A stretch of DNA of 63,886 bases, filler included, from Nanobdellota archaeon (GTDB lineage: Archaea; Nanobdellota; Nanobdellia; Woesearchaeales; CAZZGN01), in NCBI GenBank assembly GCA_051819665.1. It is 4 parts of 4 records of this genome, joined end to end, with 100 filler letters (N's around TTAATTAATTAA, not from the genome) between each part and the next. Parts side by side here need not be neighbours in the genome. Positions count along the whole stretch, not along the records: positions 1 to 19,163 come from JBNJDG010000017.1; 3 more parts are not named here. One strand, 5' to 3'. The position numbers were made by a program, and so were the translations under genes. The stretch's first letter is position 1; the number at the start of each line of letters is the position of its first letter. Shown here in pieces: positions 8,409 through 18,282 of the stretch. The notes below the pieces were generated by a model, which worked only from the letters and a program-made list of their open reading frames with translations, was not told where the DNA came from and made no database searches.

Positions 8409-9920
8409 GTGATTATGAACAGTGATTTCCCTAACCATATTTCTTATTTTAAACACGAAAATATTCCGGAAGAATACCTGAAAAATTCTCTGGGTATCAA
8501 TAAAAAAATCAAAGGTGTTGTAAAACCGAAAAACAAAGAAGAGATAAAAGATATCATTGGATATGCTAATGAAACGAATACTGGTATATGGCCGATAAGC
8601 AGAGGAAAGAACATAGGATACGGCGACATGCTTCCTCTGAAAGAGAACAATGTTATTCTGGATCTCAGTGAGATGAACTCAATCAAATCTTTTGATAATG
8701 AACTGGGAAGAATAAGGCTTGAGCCTGGGGTTTCTCAAGAAGAGCTATATGAATTTCTTACTTCGATAGAAAACAACAACTGGATAATGGATGCAACAGG
8801 AGCGGGAAAAGATTCCAGTATTATAGGCAATAGCCTTGAAGGAGGGTTCGGACACACACCCATGGGCAACAGAAGAAAAAACATCACTGGGATAGAGGCA
8901 ATAATGGGGAACGGAAAAGTCCTAAAACCCACAACATATCCCAATATAGGTCCTGATATTAACGGCATCTTTGTCCAGGGACCGTATGGAGTTGTTACAG
9001 AAGCGGAATTCCAGTTATATAATATGCCAGCAGACTTCAATTCATTCAGAATAACAACATCAAAAGAAGAAAATCTTGAAACACTTTTAGACAATATTAG
9101 GGACTTGAGACAAAAGGAGATAATGGACAGCCTAGTACATATAGCTGACCCGATGAGAATGCTGGTAACCACGAGCAAAATCCCGGAAGAATACAAGGAT
9201 AAAATCATGAACTATGAAGAAGCCTCAAGAGCAGTGAGCAGTGAATCTGAAAGAAAAGTTTACTGGACAGCTCTCGGTGGGATTTATGGGGATAAAGGAT
9301 TAATCAGAGCAAAAAAAAGGAGAATTAAAGAGAAATTCAAAGGGAGTAATGCAAATATAATGTTCTTCAATGATAAAAAAATAGAATTATATAAGAACCT
9401 GGGAAAATCCATGAATTTCACAAAACTAGGAAGCATAGCGGAGAAGGCCATGACAGGATACAAAAACCTTCACGGGCTGATGAAGGGGGTACCTTCAGAC
9501 ATTGCAGAAGATAACATCGGATGGAGAACCGAACCTTACAATACTGGAACACTCTGGATTTCCCCTACATTTGATTCAAAGGGAGAGAATGCAAGAAAGA
9601 TGTACGAAATAACAAAAGAGCATTCCAAAAGACACGGATTCGAGATTCCAGTAACCATAACACTCGTCGAACCTTTCAGATGCGTAGGGATACTCAATCT
9701 TAATTATGATAAACTAAAAGATAAAGAAAAGGCTTTTGAGACATACGAATCCCTCCTGAAAAAATTCTATGAGAATGATATTTTCACTTACAGGACAAGT
9801 ATTATAGGAATGGGAAAAAATATGCACGTACCAAATCCAGGCAATTGGAAGATATACAGGGACATAAACAATGCGCTTGATCCAAACAATATAATTGCTC
9901 CGGGGAGGTACCAGATATGA
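8409..9920 (+). CDS. FAD-binding oxidoreductase, VAO/PCMH (p-cresol methylhydroxylase flavoprotein-like) family
   Basis: WPISRGKNIGYG, LDLSEMN, EPGV, SIIGNSLEGGFGHTP, C-terminal ALDPNNIIAPGRY; SD GAGGTG. Confidence 0.9.
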   Translation: MIMNSDFPNHISYFKHENIPEEYLKNSLGINKKIKGVVKPKNKEEIKDIIGYANETNTGIWPISRGKNIGYGDMLPLKENNVILDLSEMNSIKSFDNELGRIRLEPGVSQEELYEFLTSIENNNWIMDATGAGKDSSIIGNSLEGGFGHTPMGNRRKNITGIEAIMGNGKVLKPTTYPNIGPDINGIFVQGPYGVVTEAEFQLYNMPADFNSFRITTSKEENLETLLDNIRDLRQKEIMDSLVHIADPMRMLVTTSKIPEEYKDKIMNYEEASRAVSSESERKVYWTALGGIYGDKGLIRAKKRRIKEKFKGSNANIMFFNDKKIELYKNLGKSMNFTKLGSIAEKAMTGYKNLHGLMKGVPSDIAEDNIGWRTEPYNTGTLWISPTFDSKGENARKMYEITKEHSKRHGFEIPVTITLVEPFRCVGILNLNYDKLKDKEKAFETYESLLKKFYENDIFTYRTSIIGMGKNMHVPNPGNWKIYRDINNALDPNNIIAPGRYQI

Positions 9921-10918
9921 GACCAATTCTAATTATATCAGACAATAATGAAAGGATAAAAGAACTTAAAAATATTTATAAATCAATGGGAGCAAAATAT
10001 ATCAACATAGTATCTAATCTTGAAGAAGCAGGAAAATTACTGAAAAGCAGTAATGATTCATATATAGGACATTTTACAAATGATGTGAAAACAAACAAAA
10101 TAAACTCCTTCTTGGAAAATCACAAAAACATAGGCATAATAAATGAAGAAAATAAAAAACACCCATCATGCATTGATTATGACGGAAAGGACCTAGAAAA
10201 TAGAATAAATAAAATTGAAGAGATCATTTCCCTTAAAGAAAGGCCTGAATCTAAGAATAACTACAAGAATAATCTCCTGTTCAGACCACTAGAAGGACAA
10301 GAAGAGCTCGAGAAATATTTTAAGATAAGATATGAAATTAACAAAAAGATAAACTATCTCCAAGACAAAAGCAAACAAAAAATAGAATTAGATGAATACG
10401 ATAAAAATTCTATTGCACTCGGCGGTTTTGTAGATGGAGATTTGGGTATAATTGTCAGAATAATAACAGATCAGATAAACGAAGAACAATACAATGAAAC
10501 AAGGAAAATTATCCAGGACAAGAACCTCATTAAGAAATATGAGTCTGAGATAAATGAACCTTTCCCTATGATAAGAGATACAAAGGGAAAGATTAATCAC
10601 CTGATCAATGAACATGGACCATCGAATATTGTCGAATACAGCAGAATAATGACCACCGACAAAAGATTCAGAGGACTTCACCTTTCTACTTCAATGATAG
10701 ACTATATATTCACCTACTCTCAAAACCTAAACAAAGAAATAGGATTAGCTATATGCTGGAAAGGACACACAAATCATAATATAGAAAAAAATAATTTCAG
10801 TGGTATGGTGAAAAACATTGGTAATTTTAAACCACCTTCAATTGAACAAGAATCAAACATAATATACAAAGAACTAACCACACATAAAAGAAGATTCAAT
10901 CATGAATACATCATCTGA
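9917..10918 (+). CDS. GNAT acyltransferase, N-acyl amino acid synthase (FeeM)/acyl-homoserine-lactone synthase-like, with degenerate receiver-like N-terminus
   Basis: YFKIRY, ELDEYD, IVRII, IVEYSR motifs in LuxI/FeeM order; ATGA-coupled to the flavoprotein. Confidence 0.65.
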   Translation: MRPILIISDNNERIKELKNIYKSMGAKYINIVSNLEEAGKLLKSSNDSYIGHFTNDVKTNKINSFLENHKNIGIINEENKKHPSCIDYDGKDLENRINKIEEIISLKERPESKNNYKNNLLFRPLEGQEELEKYFKIRYEINKKINYLQDKSKQKIELDEYDKNSIALGGFVDGDLGIIVRIITDQINEEQYNETRKIIQDKNLIKKYESEINEPFPMIRDTKGKINHLINEHGPSNIVEYSRIMTTDKRFRGLHLSTSMIDYIFTYSQNLNKEIGLAICWKGHTNHNIEKNNFSGMVKNIGNFKPPSIEQESNIIYKELTTHKRRFNHEYII

Positions 10919-11525
10919 GCATTTTTGTGGTCTTTTTGTCACCTAGTCTCTCCGGAGAAGGCATCTTTTTAGGAAGATCTTTTTCATCAAACTCATGTGT
11001 TTCCTTAACACGAAAGATACAAAACTTATCCCCCTTTGCCATACATTTTTTTTCTACACATGAAACATCTTTATTCAAAAGACAACTGACAGTCCCTGCA
11101 AAAAGACCCATAAAATGATAACAAACACCTTTATCCGATTTACCATACACCGACCTGTACTGTTCTGCAATTGAAGAATCCACTTCAAAAATAAAATCAC
11201 ATCTCTTAAAATCATGTTTCTTTATAAATATCCTGCCGTAACCAAGCATTTCACCTTGGCCAACAACATTCTCAAGAACTTTCTTATTTATTCCAAATTT
11301 ATTCTTGATGACCAAAGCAGCGCCATGTCCTTGATAAAAACCCATCCAATAGAAAGTATCAAGGCCCTGGATATTATTTTCAACCTCAAGGGCTCTGATA
11401 AAATAACAAAGAGAATAATTTGAGAATAAAGAACCAGGTATGCCCCAAATGTTTATTCTACCATCCTTGAATCTCAAAGCTTTCGAAAGCAAAACTCTCT
11501 TTGAGATAGCCCCTGTCCTTTTCAT
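10911..11525 (-). CDS. V4R domain protein
   Basis: LGYGR, VCYHFMGLFAG, VEKKCMAKGDKFCIF. Confidence 0.88.
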   Translation of the reverse strand: MKRTGAISKRVLLSKALRFKDGRINIWGIPGSLFSNYSLCYFIRALEVENNIQGLDTFYWMGFYQGHGAALVIKNKFGINKKVLENVVGQGEMLGYGRIFIKKHDFKRCDFIFEVDSSIAEQYRSVYGKSDKGVCYHFMGLFAGTVSCLLNKDVSCVEKKCMAKGDKFCIFRVKETHEFDEKDLPKKMPSPERLGDKKTTKMLR

Positions 11526-11531
11526 CCAAAA

Positions 11532-12284
11532 TCACTCCAGATCATGAACTACAAGTCCCTTTTTCGATATCTCAACCGGATGTATGTCCTCATCATTCTT
11601 CGTGTGCCTCATCTTACGCACAAGAAGAGACCTTGAAAATTCACCGCCCATCGATTCGAACATCATCTGTATTATCCCGTCACAAAGGAACTCCGAGACT
11701 GTATCCCTCGACATGTACTTGCTCTCCTCTGATATCTCTGAGATCAACAAAGAGGTCACATCAAGCTCCTGCAACTCACCTATAAGCATGTAGACATACC
11801 TCTTCAGTATGAAATCGCCGCCTATCGAAGGGGAATATATGGAATCCCTCGTTATGAGGTCCTTGAGGAAAAGATCGTTTATAGCTGCATATATTGGCGC
11901 ATTTATAGTCAATGTCGAGAGAGAATCGATAACAAGCCTCTTTATATAATTCTTCTTTATATAATCCACTATCATCGGGAAAGTAGTGTGGTCTATATCC
12001 TTGACCGGAACGCACATGAGATGGAACTTCTTTTTCTTCTCCAGTCCTTTCAGCTTAAGGCCGAGCTGTTCCCCCTGCGTTATTATATCATCCCTTGCCT
12101 GCTCAAAACTGACATAAAGCGTGTTCTCCCCTTCCTTTGCCCCTGTATAAGCATATTGGAGCGAGAATATCGATTTTGCTGTTCCAGGTGTTCCTGAAAG
12201 GAGTATATTAGCACCGGAAGGCAGCCCTCCGTCAACAAGCTTATCGAATCCTTCTATCCCGGTCTTCACTCTCTCGGATTTCAT
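11532..12284 (-). CDS. KaiC/RAD55-family ATPase (single domain)
   Basis: KTGIEGFDKLVDGGLP, Walker A variant GTPGTAKS, RLVIDSL, VRKMRHT. Confidence 0.92.
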   Translation of the reverse strand: MKSERVKTGIEGFDKLVDGGLPSGANILLSGTPGTAKSIFSLQYAYTGAKEGENTLYVSFEQARDDIITQGEQLGLKLKGLEKKKKFHLMCVPVKDIDHTTFPMIVDYIKKNYIKRLVIDSLSTLTINAPIYAAINDLFLKDLITRDSIYSPSIGGDFILKRYVYMLIGELQELDVTSLLISEISEESKYMSRDTVSEFLCDGIIQMMFESMGGEFSRSLLVRKMRHTKNDEDIHPVEISKKGLVVHDLE

Positions 12285-12985
12285 TTTTCCACCACAATTC
12301 CTTCGTCGGTTATGTCAAATGTATATATCCCGCCATTGACCCTCGCTTTCCTCATCTTCAATACCTCTATCGTCCTCAGGAAAGATTTTCCGAGAGACCT
12401 TGTCCTGAGCCTCATCATACCGTCACATATATATTCAGAGATACAATCCCTTGTATCAGAATCCTTCCCTGCAAGGGTAATATAGAAAGTAGTGGCCTTT
12501 GCTTTCTCAAGTATATGTATGAGGTTGTATATGAACTGCCTCGGTTCAGAAGCACCTATTATCTTGCTCCCTTCGAGTATCCCGAAATTCTCAGAACCGT
12601 CAGTGAAAACCGGACTCATCGAGAGAAGGGCGAGGTTGTCGATGACTATCCTCTTAGCTCCTATGACCTTGGCCTCATCTATTATTATATTAGCCAGATT
12701 CCTGTCAACCTGAGAAAGCTCAAGATCGAGGACACTCACCTTGTTATCCTTTATCTGCTTCTTTAGGTTCCAGCCGAACCTGTCTGCCTGCTCAACGAGA
12801 TTCTTCTGGGACTGGTCGAGAGAAACGAAAAGCCCCGGCTCACCTTTTTCTGCACCATAACATATATATTCCAACCCGAGAATCGTTTTACCTGTACCTG
12901 CCCCTCCGGAGACAAGCACATTCGAATACCTGGGAATACCATCCGAGAGAAGATTTTCAAATCCTTTGATACCAACGTCAACCAT
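12281..12985 (-). CDS. KaiC/RAD55-family ATPase (single domain)
   Basis: GGAGTGKT, GEPGLFVS, KRIVIDNL, VLKMR. Confidence 0.92.
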   Translation of the reverse strand: MVDVGIKGFENLLSDGIPRYSNVLVSGGAGTGKTILGLEYICYGAEKGEPGLFVSLDQSQKNLVEQADRFGWNLKKQIKDNKVSVLDLELSQVDRNLANIIIDEAKVIGAKRIVIDNLALLSMSPVFTDGSENFGILEGSKIIGASEPRQFIYNLIHILEKAKATTFYITLAGKDSDTRDCISEYICDGMMRLRTRSLGKSFLRTIEVLKMRKARVNGGIYTFDITDEGIVVEK

Positions 12986-13082
12986 CTAAACACCCCTTTT
13001 TCATCATCTTATCCGGAGGCATTTATATATTTTTCCCAGAAAATGAAATGAAAATTAAAGCCGGATCCGGCTCATACTAAGT

Positions 13083-14060
13083 CTATTGATTCAGCTCTTT
13101 CTCAGGATCAGGATCCCTGAAGACCAACTGGGAGATCATCTCTTCCCTATCGAACATCTTATTCTTCGTGACCCTGCCGACAATCTTCACAAACTCACCA
13201 AGAAGTTCCTGCTTGACCTCCTCAAAGCTTCCGGGAGCATCCTTATAAGCAAGGATATCATTATCCTCTTTCTTCAGGAGAGATTTAGCCTGGTTCCTGA
13301 AACATACTATCCTGATGTTCCCTGTTCCGTCATCAACCTGGACATTCATCACGAAAGAATATTTGGGATCCACAGAACCATGGGTGTTGCAACGATATTC
13401 CCCCTCAGTAGGCTTTGCCCTCCTGTTGCATTCGGGACAGACCTCGAAGAACCTCGGCTCGAAAGCCTGGACTATGGTCCCGAGGATCTCCACATTCTCA
13501 TCCCCCTCTTTAAGATCCTTTACCTTCTTCCTGTTGCTCGTATATTCCTTGACCTCACCAATAGTGACGCCTTCAGGATTGACGAAGAGCTTGGACCTAG
13601 CATTCATGTGAAGCTCTACACGGTTATTATTGACCCTGACATAGGCATCCCTCACTTTTATTATATCGTTCTCGTTGAACTGCTCAAGCTTATCGGTCAT
13701 ATCATGCCAGAAAGTGACCCTTATCCTGCCGGTCTCATCACCTATCATGACACTGCCGACTTTCCCTTCCTTGCCGTCAGAGGTCTGGAAATTGTTCACA
13801 TCATACTTCTTGATGACCTTACCGGCCGTCTCCGCATTCTTCATGGCCGAGACTATCTGGTCTATCTTCACCGGGCCATCAGCCTTGAAAAGCTTTATCC
13901 CGAGCTCATTGGCTATGATCTGGGCCGCTCCTTCCTTTGATATAAGGCCTGAGAGCTGCTTGGTCTTATCGTTGATCTTCTTCTCGATCTCTTCATCCGA
14001 CAGTGTACTGTTCTCCTTGATCCTTGAAATTATCTGGTCTAAAGGTAACTGCATTTTCAA
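13083..14060 (-). CDS. Replication protein A (OB folds plus Zn finger)
   Basis: GLISKEGAAQIIA, IGDETGRIRVTFW, CPEC...C..H, DDGTGNIRIV. Confidence 0.9.
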   Translation of the reverse strand: MKMQLPLDQIISRIKENSTLSDEEIEKKINDKTKQLSGLISKEGAAQIIANELGIKLFKADGPVKIDQIVSAMKNAETAGKVIKKYDVNNFQTSDGKEGKVGSVMIGDETGRIRVTFWHDMTDKLEQFNENDIIKVRDAYVRVNNNRVELHMNARSKLFVNPEGVTIGEVKEYTSNRKKVKDLKEGDENVEILGTIVQAFEPRFFEVCPECNRRAKPTEGEYRCNTHGSVDPKYSFVMNVQVDDGTGNIRIVCFRNQAKSLLKKEDNDILAYKDAPGSFEEVKQELLGEFVKIVGRVTKNKMFDREEMISQLVFRDPDPEKELNQ

Positions 14061-14126
14061 AAAACCCCCTTCAGGAGTGGCAGGAAATCAATAATATTTA
14101 AAGGTTCTTGTTAATTAAACAGGATA

Positions 14127-16547
14127 TCAATAATCCTCCCTGAAAGGACATTTGCTTAAGGATGCTCCGTCATCATCCTTACAACTGTAAGCATTGTTGG
14201 CAAAACTTATATCCTCTGAGGACAAGTAACAGAGAGGGTTCCTTGACCAATCATTCTTCTTCTCCCTGAAATTGCCGTTGAGATAATATTTGAAATCGAG
14301 ATGATCTCCCTCCGAATAACCTGTGTTCCCGCTCCGGGCGAATACCTCTCCTTCCGAGAGCTTGTCTCCTTCCTCCACATTAACATCGGAAAGATGGCTG
14401 TACCGGGAATAAGTGCCCAGAGACTCATGATGGATTATGACGTTTGTCCCGAAACCACGGCATTCCTTTTTCCCGCCGTTCTTCACATTATCATAATTCT
14501 CGCAGACATAATGTACCTTCCCTGGTGCGACCGAACCGACGGGTGTTCCTTCTGCAATCGAGAAATCGATACCATCGTGCCAGTCCTGCCCTCCATCCAG
14601 CTGCCTCCAGCCATAACAGGAGACGATCTTCTTTTTCTCTACCGGATGGACCAACTCTTTCTCATTCTGCTCACTCTCCATCCTATCTATATAATCAACA
14701 GTATTGGTTCTCTCTTCAGAATCATCAGCTCCCTCAGACTTATGGACATAATTAGGAACCTCATCTATAGCAGAAACCACGAAATAATGGGTGCCCTCAT
14801 CAAACATGCCTGAGAAAGATTCCTTACGCACAAAATTACAGTTTCCGGTGCAGGCATCCTTCTCTAATCCCCCGGGCATCGCTTCTATCTTACTGGAAGA
14901 ATGATAGACAAAATACCCCTCAAGATCCACAAGCTTCCTGCCGTTGATGTTCTTTTCCGGTTTCTCCCAATCGAAAGAGACCCTAGCGGGCTCGCTTAGC
15001 GTGACCTTATATACTCCTCCTGATGAACCCTTCTCATTGATCTTCACCCTCTCCGGCGCAAGATTATCCTGTGGCGTAACTGATTCCGGCTCGACTTCTT
15101 CTATCTCATTCCCGAAAACATCTTCCGCAGTCACCACAAAATCGTATTCCTGCCTATCCTCCAGACCGGCAATGACCTTGACAAAGTTCTCCTCGGTTAC
15201 ATCATCCCTGCTTATATTGATATCCGGCTCAATATTGTTTACACTGCTTATCTCCTCCTTACTGTAATATATGTTATACTTCAGTATATCCCTCTCCTCC
15301 CTCTTCGTGAAGTTGAGGACAACCGCCCCCTCATCCCCTTTCTTGTTCCTGACATCAAAATCAACCCTTCCGGGAGGATAAACATCATTGAAGTATATGC
15401 TGAATTTCACCGGTATCTTCAGGTCCCTCAACTCATCAGCATATATGCTATACTCATTCTTGCCCTTGACGCATACCTTGGCCGTCCTCGGGTAAACTCC
15501 GCAGCTCTCCCCTTCCTTGTTACTGAACTCGTACATGCTCGTCTCCTGGAACTCAGTAGGTGGCGATTTGTATATGCTCACGGGCTCCATCTCTTTATCA
15601 TGAGTGCCGGATATCAGTTTACTGGTTTCAAGCTCTCCCTCATCATACTCAAACACGAATTTCAGATTTTCAGGTGTCCTGACCGAAGAACCATCAGGCG
15701 AGAACCTCGCAGGATTGACGCTCAACTCCTCCTCAAGTTCTCCCATGCTGACATTCCCGTTCTCGAAAAGAGTCATCTCATATTCTCCATCCAGAGAAGA
15801 ATCCCCTATATCCATCGAGAACTCACAGGTACAATCAGTGCCTATGGACTCAAGACAGTCCTTATAATTCTCCACGAAATGATAGAAGACTTTCTCTTCA
15901 CCTATATTACAATCATCAGACCACTCATGCCCTGTCTCATAATCAAGATGGGAAAGCCTCTGAGCGACGCACTGCTGGTAATCCTTCCTGTCCATGCACT
16001 GCTCTCTCAACGAATCCGCCTTACTGAAAAGTTTATCATAAATTTCTAAGTCATAATCCGTATACATCTTGAAAGAAGGCCTTGGGAGATATTTCTCGTC
16101 ATCACCGATCTCAAGATTCTCGGTTGCCACAGCACTAACAACATCATTAACAGCGAACCTGTAATCCATATCCGTATAAGGCCCGAGCCTTTCATTCAGA
16201 TGATGATCCAGGCCTTTTTCTATATCCGGCTTGCAATCGGAAGTCTTATTGAACCAATAATTATAATTCCCGTCCTCACCACAAGGGCTTTTTTCAGGGA
16301 AACCACCTTCCTGACCGAGGTCATAAAGCGCCGAAGGCAGAAGGAAAGAACCCAGCTTCTCATAATACAACAATCTCATATTCCCTTCCTGATACTCCTC
16401 AAGCAAAGAGAGCTGTTTCAGCCCTATATAAGTATCCTCAGCTCCAAGATTTTCCTCGTTCTTATCCATCATATTCAAGATGAAGGAAACGGTCAAAACA
16501 AGGGCGAGCAGAAAGATCAATATGTTCATCTGGGCTTTTTTCGTCAT
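14127..16547 (-). CDS. Class III signal-peptide protein with FN3-like domains and C-terminal M23 metallopeptidase
   Basis: MTKKAQ plus hydrophobic stretch; YNIYY, YDFVVTAEDVFGNE, YFVVSAID (FN3-like); HDGIDF, YSHLS, GNTGYS.G.HLDF (M23). Confidence 0.85.
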   Translation of the reverse strand: MTKKAQMNILIFLLALVLTVSFILNMMDKNEENLGAEDTYIGLKQLSLLEEYQEGNMRLLYYEKLGSFLLPSALYDLGQEGGFPEKSPCGEDGNYNYWFNKTSDCKPDIEKGLDHHLNERLGPYTDMDYRFAVNDVVSAVATENLEIGDDEKYLPRPSFKMYTDYDLEIYDKLFSKADSLREQCMDRKDYQQCVAQRLSHLDYETGHEWSDDCNIGEEKVFYHFVENYKDCLESIGTDCTCEFSMDIGDSSLDGEYEMTLFENGNVSMGELEEELSVNPARFSPDGSSVRTPENLKFVFEYDEGELETSKLISGTHDKEMEPVSIYKSPPTEFQETSMYEFSNKEGESCGVYPRTAKVCVKGKNEYSIYADELRDLKIPVKFSIYFNDVYPPGRVDFDVRNKKGDEGAVVLNFTKREERDILKYNIYYSKEEISSVNNIEPDINISRDDVTEENFVKVIAGLEDRQEYDFVVTAEDVFGNEIEEVEPESVTPQDNLAPERVKINEKGSSGGVYKVTLSEPARVSFDWEKPEKNINGRKLVDLEGYFVYHSSSKIEAMPGGLEKDACTGNCNFVRKESFSGMFDEGTHYFVVSAIDEVPNYVHKSEGADDSEERTNTVDYIDRMESEQNEKELVHPVEKKKIVSCYGWRQLDGGQDWHDGIDFSIAEGTPVGSVAPGKVHYVCENYDNVKNGGKKECRGFGTNVIIHHESLGTYSRYSHLSDVNVEEGDKLSEGEVFARSGNTGYSEGDHLDFKYYLNGNFREKKNDWSRNPLCYLSSEDISFANNAYSCKDDDGASLSKCPFREDY

Positions 16548-17839
16548 TCTGTCTGGACACCCCCCATCGTATATTCCTTTACCCTGAGAGTGAGGTTCTT
16601 GCCTGGCTGTCGAAGAGGGAGCGAAAACTCCGCCAGGACCTTCTCAAGAGACACGTACTCACCAGTATCCGAATAATCCGTTTCCATTATGACACCTTGC
16701 TCATCCTCTATCTGTACCGAATATTCATATCTCTCAGTCTCATAATCCTTCATCATGGCCTCAAACTTCTCCTTTATGGGAGCCATATCCCCCTCATTAT
16801 AAGCATTTGTGATCTTATCCGCAAAGTCCCTCTGGGGGACCATCTCATCATTCTTCTTTACGCCCCTTATATTCTTTATCATCACTTTCCCTTTCGAGCT
16901 TACTGTAACAGGATAATCACAAGGCAGGGAACAATCCTCTATGAATCTCTCAAGCGGTCCGGCTATACTCACTTCCATTTTCGCAGTCAATTCACCAACA
17001 TGACTCCTCACCGGCTGAGCCCTGAATTTCACATCGATGCTTATGTCCTCTGGATAAGAAGGCTCGGGGAAAAGACCATCAAGAGGATTCCTGCTCAGGA
17101 AGAAAGGGAAATATTCAATTTTCCCGTCACCGAAAGAGAACCTATAACCAGGATGACCATAGTCCTTCTCAAGCCCTTTATACTCACCAAGAGGCTCTGC
17201 TTCCGAATCGTTCTTCACGTACCAGAACACATTATCAATCTTCATATCCTGACCCATAACCTCCGCCTTTACAGGAGACTTAGGTATAGGTCTCTTCTCT
17301 GTGTATATCGGTATATCGCCGAATGTTTTCTCAAGATCCTCTATAGCATAATCAGTGGCTATAAGCCTGCCGCCGCTAGAGACCCACTGGCGAAGATCTG
17401 AAGCATCGTAATCCGCACCCGGAGAAAGGAAAGCATTATCCTCCGTATTAGGGTGTCCAGGTACTGCTCCTGTTATATCCACACTATCATAACCTTCCAT
17501 GACAGCAATATCCGCAACAGGCTCAATATCAAATACCAAAGAATCATAATCCTCTTCCATGCCTATATTTATCTTCTCCTTACCGTCTATTATCGCATAT
17601 TCTTTTCCCGAGATATTGAGCTCGTCTGTTTCCATCGAAACCCCACTTTCAACAGGAGACCTCAAAAGTGTAGAGACCTCATACGTGAGCAGATTCTTTT
17701 GCCTCGCTTCCCGTAAGACAATATCATCAGGGCCCTCCTGAGACGAGATTATCGAATAGACAACCAACAAGAGGGCTATCAGTATCATCGCCGAGACGAT
17801 ATCAACTATCTGGTCCGAGTTAATACCTCTCTTGTTCAT
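16544..17839 (-). CDS. Class III signal-peptide (pilin-like) protein with possible GATase-like domain
   Basis: MNKRG plus hydrophobic helix; LRQWVSSGGRLIATD...FGDGKIEYF. Confidence 0.7.
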   Translation of the reverse strand: MNKRGINSDQIVDIVSAMILIALLLVVYSIISSQEGPDDIVLREARQKNLLTYEVSTLLRSPVESGVSMETDELNISGKEYAIIDGKEKINIGMEEDYDSLVFDIEPVADIAVMEGYDSVDITGAVPGHPNTEDNAFLSPGADYDASDLRQWVSSGGRLIATDYAIEDLEKTFGDIPIYTEKRPIPKSPVKAEVMGQDMKIDNVFWYVKNDSEAEPLGEYKGLEKDYGHPGYRFSFGDGKIEYFPFFLSRNPLDGLFPEPSYPEDISIDVKFRAQPVRSHVGELTAKMEVSIAGPLERFIEDCSLPCDYPVTVSSKGKVMIKNIRGVKKNDEMVPQRDFADKITNAYNEGDMAPIKEKFEAMMKDYETERYEYSVQIEDEQGVIMETDYSDTGEYVSLEKVLAEFSLPLRQPGKNLTLRVKEYTMGGVQTE

Positions 17840-18282
17840 ATTCTCTCCTCCACATAACCGAGAGTTAGGGTTGCATTATAAAGCCTTCCGTCGAAAACGA
17901 TCGCATTAAACTCCTTCTGGACATCCACCGGCACATGATCATCACTACGGACTATCTTCGACCCCTCTTCCCACCGGAGGTCAAGCAAAAACTCATACCT
18001 TGACGAATTCATGCACTTGTTAAGCCTCTCTCTGTTAAAGGAATCGAGGTCTATGACAGGATATGTCCTCATAACATCATCGTCATGATAAGCAAAACAG
18101 GTATTGAGTATCCGCGAAACAAGTATATGCTCCTCGAGCTCTTCATCATGCTCTGTTATGGAAGATGTTGTCGAGTCCCCTACCATTATGAATATGAACA
18201 ATATGGCAAGTGCAAGAGGTATCGAGAAGAGCACATAAAACTGGAAATTCGTCGCTTCCCACGCATCCCCTTTCTTGTTCAT
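17836..18282 (-). CDS. Pilin-like protein (class III signal peptide)
   Basis: MNKKGD plus hydrophobic helix; ATGA overlaps on both sides. Confidence 0.7.
   Translation of the reverse strand: MNKKGDAWEATNFQFYVLFSIPLALAILFIFIMVGDSTTSSITEHDEELEEHILVSRILNTCFAYHDDDVMRTYPVIDLDSFNRERLNKCMNSSRYEFLLDLRWEEGSKIVRSDDHVPVDVQKEFNAIVFDGRLYNATLTLGYVEERI

Noticed and set aside
7954..8409. 151-aa plus-strand ORF, and other long antisense ORFs such as 7512-8183, 13086-13940, 16697-17401, 50509-51078
   Set aside because: They overlap well-supported genes on the opposite strand or regulatory DNA and show no recognisable motifs
11532..12985. Circadian clock (kaiABC)
   Set aside because: Single-domain KaiC/RAD55-like ATPases with no kaiA or kaiB in the window; common in archaea
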